Made by a program: the position numbers and the translations under genes
Notes under the pieces: generated by a model
Database searches by the model: none
Told to the model about the DNA's origin: nothing
Seen by the model: only the letters and a program-made list of their open reading frames with translations
Shown here: positions 56,750-64,000 of the stretch, piece by piece
Position numbering within the stretch: the stretch's first letter is position 1
Layout: every line of letters starts with the position of its first letter
Assembly (NCBI GenBank): GCA_963677485.1
Contig: OY781964.1
Location: forward strand, 1,760,001-1,824,000
Length of the DNA: 64,000 nt
Source: Armatimonadota bacterium
GTDB lineage: Bacteria > Armatimonadota > HRBIN16
Direction of reading: 5' to 3'

Positions 56750-58408
56750 TCACACCCCGGCCAGCAGCTCGCGCGCGTGCAGGATGGCCACCTCGCTGCG
56801 GCCGCCCAGCATTCGCGCGATTTCCCTCACCCGCTCATCCCCATCGATGACGTGAACCTGGCTGATCGTGCGGCCGGCCTCCTCGTGCTTCGTAATCACG
56901 AACTGTTGGGCCGCGAGGCAGGCGATCTGAGGCAGATGGGTGATGCACAACACCTGCCGGTGAGAGGCCAGATTATTGATCTGCCGGCCGACCGTCAAGG
57001 CGGTGTCACCGCCGATGCCCGCATCCACTTCATCAAAAACCAGAGTGGGCACGCTGCCGATGTCCACCATCACGCCCTTTAAGGCCAGCATCACGCGGGA
57101 CAGCTCACCACCGGAGGCACATCGGGCCAACGACCGCTCGGGCTCACCCGGGTTCGCGCTTAACAAGAACTCTACGCTCTCCTGCCCCAACTCGTCCAAG
57201 GGTTTTGGCGTCATCTGCACCTGAAAACTGGCATGGGGCATGGCCAGCGCAGCCAAATGCTGCAGCATCAGCACGCTCAAACGATCTGCCGCTTGACGCC
57301 GCTGGTCGCTTAACTGATCGGCGATCGCAGCAGCCTTCTTGCGGCAGACCTCCTGCTCGTGCTCCAGATCCTCGCTTCGCTGCTCGCCGCTCTGCAGCCG
57401 CTGCAGCTTCAAGGCGAGCTCATTCGCCAGCTCTAAAATCTCATCTACACTATCGCCATATTTGCGCTTTAGGCCTTTGATGGCATGAAGCCGGTCCTGT
57501 ACCTCTTCCAACCGCTCAGGACTAAACTCAATCTCCTCGCGGTAGCGGCGCAACTGCTCCGAGGCATCCTGGCACTGCACAAGGGCGCCCTGCAGACCCT
57601 CCACCATCGGCTCGAGCGTGGCATCATACCGGCATGCCTGCTCCAGCGTGGAGATCGCCTGTGAAATCAGAAGCTCCGCACAAGGTTCCCCCTGAGTCAG
57701 GGCTTGTTGGGCCCCCTCCGCGCTCTCAAACAACCGCTCCGCGTGCTGCATGCGCTGGAACTCGGTCTCGAGCCGCTGTTCCTCACCCGCCACAAGGCCC
57801 GCCTGCTCGATTTCGTTGAGTTGGAAGCTGGTGAGGTCGATGAGGTGCAGCCGGTCACGCGCTTCGGCTTGAAGCTGCTTTAGCTCACGCTGCTTCTGAT
57901 GCCACTCACGCACGGCGTGTGAAAGCTGCTCACGGAGCTGCAACGCCTTTGACCCCGCCCACTGGTCGAGTAGGCGCAACTGCTCATCCACATTTAATAG
58001 CGACTGGTGGCCATGCTGGCCAAGTAAATCTACCAGCCTGTCACCGACCGCCTTCAACTGGCTGACGGGCACCGCCATACCATTGATGCGGGCTTGGTTG
58101 CGGCCAGATGCCGATATCTCCCTGCTGAGATACAGCCGGCCGTCTTCTGGTTCGATCTCAATCTCAGCCAGCTCAGACGCCAGCCAGCCGTCCTGGCTGA
58201 CATCAAACACCGCGGTGACCTTGGCTTTGTCTGCTCCAGCCCGAATCATCTCTGTGTCAGCCCGTTCGCCCAACGCCAGGTTGAGGGCGTTGATGAGTAT
58301 GCTCTTGCCCGCGCCCGTTTCGCCCGAAAGCACCGTCAGCCCGGCATTCAGCTCCAACCGAAGATGCTCAATGAGCGCGAATTGGTCCACAGAGATTTCG
58401 ATGAGCAT
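56750..58408 (-). CDS. recN: DNA repair protein RecN
   Basis: SGETGAGKSIL, GQH, LKRKYG, ASGGELSRVMLA, FDEVDAGIGG, ITHLPQIA. Confidence 0.97.
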   Translation of the reverse strand: MLIEISVDQFALIEHLRLELNAGLTVLSGETGAGKSILINALNLALGERADTEMIRAGADKAKVTAVFDVSQDGWLASELAEIEIEPEDGRLYLSREISASGRNQARINGMAVPVSQLKAVGDRLVDLLGQHGHQSLLNVDEQLRLLDQWAGSKALQLREQLSHAVREWHQKQRELKQLQAEARDRLHLIDLTSFQLNEIEQAGLVAGEEQRLETEFQRMQHAERLFESAEGAQQALTQGEPCAELLISQAISTLEQACRYDATLEPMVEGLQGALVQCQDASEQLRRYREEIEFSPERLEEVQDRLHAIKGLKRKYGDSVDEILELANELALKLQRLQSGEQRSEDLEHEQEVCRKKAAAIADQLSDQRRQAADRLSVLMLQHLAALAMPHASFQVQMTPKPLDELGQESVEFLLSANPGEPERSLARCASGGELSRVMLALKGVMVDIGSVPTLVFDEVDAGIGGDTALTVGRQINNLASHRQVLCITHLPQIACLAAQQFVITKHEEAGRTISQVHVIDGDERVREIARMLGGRSEVAILHARELLAGV

Positions 58409-59284
58409 CTACAGGTTCACCCTTTCGCCCCATAACAAGCGTGTACGCAGTTTGCAGTAGAACTCATCGGGGTCAAAGGTGATGAGGCGCGTGATCTGCG
58501 CCGCTTTGGATACCGTCACACGGTCACCAGATTGCAGCCGCCAAACTTCCCAGCCGTCTGTCTGCAGCACGATCTGGTCGTCCTGCGCCTTCACGGTCAC
58601 ACTCACCGTGCGGTGAGCGGGCAGTATCATGGGCCGCGCGGCCAATGTGTGCGCGCAGATGGGGGTCAGCAGAATCACCTCGCAGGTCGGATCGACAATA
58701 GGCCCTCCGGCACTCAGCGAGTAGGCGGTCGAGCCCGTCGGTGAGGCGATCACAAGCCCATCGGCACTGTATTGAGCCAGCGGATTATCGTCGATGTAGG
58801 TCTGGAAATCCACCATGTGGCTGACCGATCCACGGCTGATCACGATGTCGTTCATGGCCAGGTTGTTCGCCACGACCACGCCATTTCGCGACACATCGCA
58901 ACTGATCATCATGCGGTTTTCGGTTTCATACTGACCGGATAGCACGTCAGCCAGCCGCTCGATGCACTCCTCGGGCGGGATCTGTGTGATGAAGCCAAAC
59001 CGCCCCAACCTGACACCAAACAGCGGCGTTTGCCGTTGCGCACCCAGTTTTGAGGCGCGCAGAATGGTGCCGTCACCGCCGATACTGATCACCAGATCGG
59101 TATGGCTCAAAGCCTCCATATCCGCCGCGGGGGTAGATAACTGCGCGGCCTCCACAAGCTCTGCATTGGCCAGGCAGTCGACCCCGCGCGAGGCTAAATG
59201 TGCGACGGCTGCGCGTACCAGCTCAAGGGCTGCCGGCCTTTTGACATTCGCAACCAGTGCCGCGGATCGGATGGCTTCAGGCAT
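58409..59284 (-). CDS. nadK: NAD kinase
   Basis: GGDGTIL, G.FGF, ND, ADG...SPTGSTAYSLSAGGP; adjacent to recN. Confidence 0.93.
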   Translation of the reverse strand: MPEAIRSAALVANVKRPAALELVRAAVAHLASRGVDCLANAELVEAAQLSTPAADMEALSHTDLVISIGGDGTILRASKLGAQRQTPLFGVRLGRFGFITQIPPEECIERLADVLSGQYETENRMMISCDVSRNGVVVANNLAMNDIVISRGSVSHMVDFQTYIDDNPLAQYSADGLVIASPTGSTAYSLSAGGPIVDPTCEVILLTPICAHTLAARPMILPAHRTVSVTVKAQDDQIVLQTDGWEVWRLQSGDRVTVSKAAQITRLITFDPDEFYCKLRTRLLWGERVNL

Positions 59285-59288
59285 CGGG

Positions 59289-60737
59289 CTATTTCCCATA
59301 TCGGGCCAGGTTGGCCTGTGCATCTGAGTAGTCAGGTTTCACCTGAAGTGCCTTGCGGAAAAGCTGTTTCGCCTCATCGTTACGGTTCTGCTTCTCGCGG
59401 ATGACCCCCAGATTGTTATATGGGTATGGATACTTCGGGTCGGCTTGAATCGCCTTTTCAAAGCTGCTGGCCGATTCGGTGAGCTTGCCTAACTTCTCGT
59501 AGACCAAACCCAGACCGTTTAATGCCTCTGCACTTTTCGGCTCCTTGGCGATCACTGCAAGATAATGCTTCTCAGCATCTACCGCACGTCCCTGTTGAAT
59601 CAGCAGCGCACCAAGTGCGTTTCGTGCCCGTAGATGAGCGGGGTTAGCGGCCACCAACTGGTTCAGCGTCTGAATGGAATCCTCTGTGCGTCCCAGTTCC
59701 AGCAGCACAAGACTGAGCTGCCATAAGGCGTCCGCGTCTTTGGCATCCTTCACCAGCAGCTTGCGATAATGTCCCTCGCTTAGCTTGAAATCCTTCCTGG
59801 CTTGTGCAATCACTGCCGCCGCGCGGGTCGCACTGATGCTGTCCGGCTTCACAACCAGCGCCGCGTCTATCGCCTTCTGCGCATCTTCGTAGCGAGCCAG
59901 ACGGTAACACACGCTGGCCAGGTTGAACTGGGCCTCAAAGCTTCCAGGGCTGACAGCCACTGCACGCTCCAGGTTCTTGATGGCCTCATTCAAGCTGTTG
60001 TTTTGGACAGCGATATTGGCTGTACCGATGAGGGCGGTCAGGCTGTTTGGGTCAAGCTTCAGTGCGGTGCTGAAAGCCTTCTGAGCCTCTGTGGTCTTCT
60101 TGGCCCCCAGCAGCGCGTTGCCATAGTTCGCCCAGTAGACGGAAGTGGACGGTGCCAGCTTGGTAGCTTTGACACCGGCATTTGCAGCAGAAGTCCAATC
60201 TTTACTGCGCTGGGTCAGCGTGTTGATATAGTCCCAGGCACTCGCATCGCGTGGATTCAACGCCACGGCGGCTTTGAAGCTGACGAGTGCATCGGTCATC
60301 TTGTTCAAACGCACCTGAAGCACACCCATGCTGTAGACCGCAGCGGAATCTTTTGGGTTCAGTTTGGCTGCATTCTGGTAAGCCTGCAACGCCTCAGCGG
60401 GACGGTCTGCCTGATCGAGCGCAGCCCCAAGATTGAGGCATATCTGCGTATTTTTCGGGAACTTCTTGTTGGCGTCCTGCAGCACACTGACCGCGGCAGA
60501 AGCATTACCGCTCTTCAGATAGGTATATCCCAGCCAGCTCAAGGTGGCTTCATGAGATGGGCTCTTTTGGCGTCCCTCTTCAAGCAGGCTGATCGCCGAG
60601 GCGGTCTTTCCCGCGTTGAGTGCCGTTACGGCTTCGGCCACCAGTCTATCCGCCGCGGCGGTATCGATCGGTGCCGCCAGGCAGTGCATGGTGCACAGTA
60701 TCGGAAGTATGAATGTTAGCGTGTAGATGCGTTTCAA
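59289..60737 (-). CDS. Secreted tetratricopeptide-repeat protein
   Basis: Signal peptide followed by many TPR units (NLG...A...P). Confidence 0.88.
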   Translation of the reverse strand: MKRIYTLTFILPILCTMHCLAAPIDTAAADRLVAEAVTALNAGKTASAISLLEEGRQKSPSHEATLSWLGYTYLKSGNASAAVSVLQDANKKFPKNTQICLNLGAALDQADRPAEALQAYQNAAKLNPKDSAAVYSMGVLQVRLNKMTDALVSFKAAVALNPRDASAWDYINTLTQRSKDWTSAANAGVKATKLAPSTSVYWANYGNALLGAKKTTEAQKAFSTALKLDPNSLTALIGTANIAVQNNSLNEAIKNLERAVAVSPGSFEAQFNLASVCYRLARYEDAQKAIDAALVVKPDSISATRAAAVIAQARKDFKLSEGHYRKLLVKDAKDADALWQLSLVLLELGRTEDSIQTLNQLVAANPAHLRARNALGALLIQQGRAVDAEKHYLAVIAKEPKSAEALNGLGLVYEKLGKLTESASSFEKAIQADPKYPYPYNNLGVIREKQNRNDEAKQLFRKALQVKPDYSDAQANLARYGK

Positions 60738-60884
60738 AGGTCACCTCTTAACGTGGGCTCTGCGATTGTATACTGGTTCGATTATAGCAGAAGGCAGGCC
60801 GCACCATCATATCTGACGGTTTCCAGCCTGCCACCATTACAAGAGGGCTTGTGAACGAGCCGTAATCTGGGCGTATTTCGCGAG

Positions 60885-60917
60885 GCTGGCCACGCTATTC
60901 TCCACAGCGTGGCCAGC
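60885..60917. terminator. Hairpin downstream of the surface-protein gene
   Basis: 12-bp stem GCTGGCCACGCT/AGCGTGGCCAGC; no clear U-tract. Confidence 0.4.
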
Positions 60918-60927
60918 TCACATTGGG

Positions 60928-63168
60928 TTATTGGCCTAGTATATTAGGCACGAACAGCACGCGAAGTGTGCTGCCTCTGTGCCAGAAGGACGAATCAGAG
61001 CTTGAATCATAGTCACCCTCCAATTGAAATGTGATGACTTGTCCCATATTTGCTGGTTGGTTCCAGTTGATAACTACTTGCTGTTCGATTCGTATGAAAT
61101 TCGCGAGGTAGGCATAACAGTTTCGAAGAAGTATCTTATTGCCCGAATTGGTTGCATCATAGAGGTTCAGGTGGAACTCCGATGGTGTATGAACCGAGGC
61201 ATCGGTGCCGTAGTCGAAGGTAGCATCGACGATGAAATACCCATTTGATGGTGCCTTCACCGTGGCGGTCTCCAGGTATTTCACATCTCCGGGGTTCCAG
61301 GAGGTATATCCACCGTGAAAGTAGAAGCAGACTGCCGGCAGGTTTTTGGCAGACAGATTACCCGCCATCGACATATTACCGCCTACATCAATGTTGGCCA
61401 TTTCTCCGCCTGTGCCGCCGAACACGGCGATCTTGCCAGTGCCGAAGTTGCTGACGTTCAATACCCCATCTACGCTCTTGCCCGACCCGCCCAATCGCAA
61501 TGCTGGCGAGCTGTTGTCGGTGTCATTCGTATTTTCGATGTATGCCAGGGGAAGGGAGTAACCGCCATTTCTGGATCCCCTCACATGCAACTTATATTGG
61601 GGTGGGTTGATGCCTATCCCTACATCACCGGATTGTGTGATGCTCAGCCGCGGGGTGAAGTTGGTAGCCAGATCGATCCCGTACTGGTTACCCCCAGTCG
61701 TCCGTTTGCTGAAGATACCCTCACCTGATGATGTACCAAATCGGATACCACCTGCTGTGAGGTCACCGTTATTGGCGTTTCCGGGATCTACGTTTAGGTT
61801 CAGGGTACTGATGGTACCGCTGGCCGTCAGATCGGTGAACGAGCTACCAAGCGGCTTCCAGGTGCCGACACCAACCGAGTTGCTGCTTAATATGTAGCCA
61901 TTACTTGCACCTGTAGTCATCTTGAAGCCGCCTATTTGTGCCTGGCCGTCGACCAGCAACATAGGGCCTTTTTGGGTGCCAGCGATGTGCAGTGTGGGCA
62001 CTATGGAATTTGCGTTGTCGATACCCAGCACCATCGCTTTACCGGTGCCTTGATTAATCAAGCTAAATAGGTCGCTGGCATTGGATGTTGTGTTTGTATA
62101 CGGCAGGGCCAGTCCGTCCTTTCGCCAGCTTGCACTACCAGCGGCGTCGGAGCCCAACACATAACCGTTCGTCGCGCCGGTGGCCATCTTGAACCCGTTG
62201 GTCTGGATGACACCTTCGAACAGGCCGGCTAGTCCGGTTCCTGGTGTGGCTTTGATGGCAGGTCCGCTGCCTGTGGTCTTCGCAAGTATGCTGGGCGCGG
62301 TGCTGGTGGCTTTGACAACGTCAAATACCCCGGCTGACCCGCTGCCGGTGGTGTGAGAAGTAAGGTTGTCGGTGCTCCCTGCCACGCTGTCGAAATAGGC
62401 TGCACCGCCGGTGGCCTTGTTGTTGACCACCAGCGAGGTGGCAGAAGACGTTCCGGTGGATTCAAATGTGCCAGCAGTGCCGCCAGCGGTCGCACTTCCA
62501 TATACTCCATTCCCAGTGCTACTGGTGGTGCCGTAGACACCGCTGCCTCCGCCGCTGGTGGTGCCATATACAGCGTTGCGGCTGCCGGACGTGGAAGCAT
62601 GTAACGCGTTGCCTGTGCCGTTGGTGTTGGCCAGCAGAGCCGCGGTGGAGTTAGCAGCGTTGTTGATGACGAAAGTGCCAGCCCAGCCGGTGCCTGAATT
62701 CACTGCCGATATGGCTGACCCTGCCCCGGTATTAGTGAGGGTCAACAAAGGATTCGCATTTGATATCGAAGCCACTGCTGGCCAGAGCAGTTCCACCGCT
62801 TTCAAGGCATATGGTACGGCTCCTAAGCCGATTCGCGGCATGGGGGTGTCGGTGCCCATCTGCACCTGCAGGAAAGTGTTCGCCGTAGGAAGTGCTGCCG
62901 AAGGAACTGGCCCAATGGAAGCTGTAAATAGCCCCTTGTTAAGGGCGACAGTCTTGTTACCGCTGCCCCAAAGCTGGTTTCCCCCTGTTACGGCATCCCA
63001 GATGCTGAATATCATCTGGTAGTTGCCGTTGGGCAGTGGGGTTCCAGCGGTGTCGGTCAGCCTGCCCTGGTAGTTGAAGCTGCTGGGCAGTGTCTGTGCG
63101 ACGGTGATGGAGACCATCGTCAATCCAAGTAATACTATAACCGTCGCGATCAGAATAGTGCATTTCAT
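60928..63168 (-). CDS. Secreted fibre/adhesin-like protein
   Basis: Signal peptide, FNYQGRLTD..G.P N-terminal domain, G.GVYG repeats, NGYVL.SD..G.A.W repeats, VGIG..P..KLHV. Confidence 0.7.
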   Translation of the reverse strand: MKCTILIATVIVLLGLTMVSITVAQTLPSSFNYQGRLTDTAGTPLPNGNYQMIFSIWDAVTGGNQLWGSGNKTVALNKGLFTASIGPVPSAALPTANTFLQVQMGTDTPMPRIGLGAVPYALKAVELLWPAVASISNANPLLTLTNTGAGSAISAVNSGTGWAGTFVINNAANSTAALLANTNGTGNALHASTSGSRNAVYGTTSGGGSGVYGTTSSTGNGVYGSATAGGTAGTFESTGTSSATSLVVNNKATGGAAYFDSVAGSTDNLTSHTTGSGSAGVFDVVKATSTAPSILAKTTGSGPAIKATPGTGLAGLFEGVIQTNGFKMATGATNGYVLGSDAAGSASWRKDGLALPYTNTTSNASDLFSLINQGTGKAMVLGIDNANSIVPTLHIAGTQKGPMLLVDGQAQIGGFKMTTGASNGYILSSNSVGVGTWKPLGSSFTDLTASGTISTLNLNVDPGNANNGDLTAGGIRFGTSSGEGIFSKRTTGGNQYGIDLATNFTPRLSITQSGDVGIGINPPQYKLHVRGSRNGGYSLPLAYIENTNDTDNSSPALRLGGSGKSVDGVLNVSNFGTGKIAVFGGTGGEMANIDVGGNMSMAGNLSAKNLPAVCFYFHGGYTSWNPGDVKYLETATVKAPSNGYFIVDATFDYGTDASVHTPSEFHLNLYDATNSGNKILLRNCYAYLANFIRIEQQVVINWNQPANMGQVITFQLEGDYDSSSDSSFWHRGSTLRVLFVPNILGQ

Positions 63169-63260
63169 ATGGGTTCCTCCCATGAGATAGCCTTGCAGGG
63201 CATATCACCAGTTGTCAGTATGTCTCGTATTTACGGCATAATATCAATCGTGTTGACCTA

Positions 63261-64000
63261 TTACGGTGTCAACTGGTTGGGCACAAACAGCACGCGCAGT
63301 GAGCTTCTGTTGTGATGGAATGTGTACGGATTGGAGCTGCTGATCAGCTCTCCCTCGAGTTGGAAGGTCACAGACTGTCCTTTGTTGACTGGATACACCC
63401 AGTTTACTGTCTGACTGATTTCGTTTACTATATTAGTGCTGGTGGCAGTGAGGGTAAAAAGATACGCGGTTGATTCCAGGTAGATTTTGTTGCCACTGTT
63501 TGTGGCATCGTATAGAGTCAGGTAATACTTAGCATTATCGTATGCGGGCGTGAGGCCGGCTCGGACGGTGACCGCTCCATCCAGCACGAAATATCCGTTT
63601 GCTGGGGCTTTCACAGGAATAGTTTCAAGATACTTCACATCACCGTGATTCCAGGAGATGTCGTCCCTGTGATTGGAAAAGGCCACCGCGGGCATGTTTT
63701 GGATCGCCAGGCTGCCGCCTACTGTGACGTTCCCTGCTACCGTCAGGTTGCCGCTGGTGTCGATATTGGCTACCTCTCCGCCTGTTCCGCCGAACACAGC
63801 CACTTTGCCCGTGCCGAAGTTGCTGATGTTCAGCACACCATCGACACTGTTGCCAGACCCGCCCAGCCGTAAAGCCGGTGCGCTGTTGCCGGTGCTGTTG
63901 GTGTTTTCTATGTACGACATTGGAGTGGAATACCCGCCCGTTTGCAAACCTTTCACATGGAGCTTGTGTGCCGGTACATTGGTACCGATACCCACGTTAC
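63261..64000 (-). CDS. Paralog of the fibre-like protein, 3' part (starts outside the window)
   Basis: Shares YIENTN...PALRLGGSG.SVDGVLN.SNFGTGK, GDVKYLET, LYDATNSGNKI and LRVLFVPN with 60928-63168. Confidence 0.8.
   Translation of the reverse strand, partial: NVGIGTNVPAHKLHVKGLQTGGYSTPMSYIENTNSTGNSAPALRLGGSGNSVDGVLNISNFGTGKVAVFGGTGGEVANIDTSGNLTVAGNVTVGGSLAIQNMPAVAFSNHRDDISWNHGDVKYLETIPVKAPANGYFVLDGAVTVRAGLTPAYDNAKYYLTLYDATNSGNKIYLESTAYLFTLTATSTNIVNEISQTVNWVYPVNKGQSVTFQLEGELISSSNPYTFHHNRSSLRVLFVPNQLTP

Noticed and set aside
60928-64000. Diversity-generating retroelement target/template pair
   Set aside because: No reverse transcriptase in the window; differences include indels and are not confined to adenines

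Overview
Bacterial chromosome window from a GC-rich, probably diderm host; the gene content resembles Armatimonadota-like genomes, but that is a tentative guess. 1-12.9 kb holds sugar-catabolism and membrane genes, and 13.2-14.1 kb a Panacea-type toxin-antitoxin pair. A seemingly complete ~36.6 kb HK97-like siphovirus prophage runs from 14499 to 51069, bounded by a 14-bp direct repeat GGTACTATATTTGC. That repeat lies 35 bp upstream of recA and contains its probable -10 box. Integration also splits a 58-codon phage ORF that is rebuilt only on excision and links the integrase operon to the replication initiator. The prophage has two AT-rich cargo hotspots, each marked by a duplicated 3' end of a core gene. 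One holds a SieB-like gene and a three-gene GHKL-ATPase / MTase-like / radical-SAM operon (candidate novel defence or DNA-modification system). The other holds a pentapeptide-K+ channel and an NDT/TIR-like protein. 51.1-64 kb holds recA, a metal ABC operon led by a CxxC/RAPP leader, recN, NAD kinase, a TPR protein and two paralogous fibre-like surface proteins. All family calls come from motif recognition by eye; no database searches were run.
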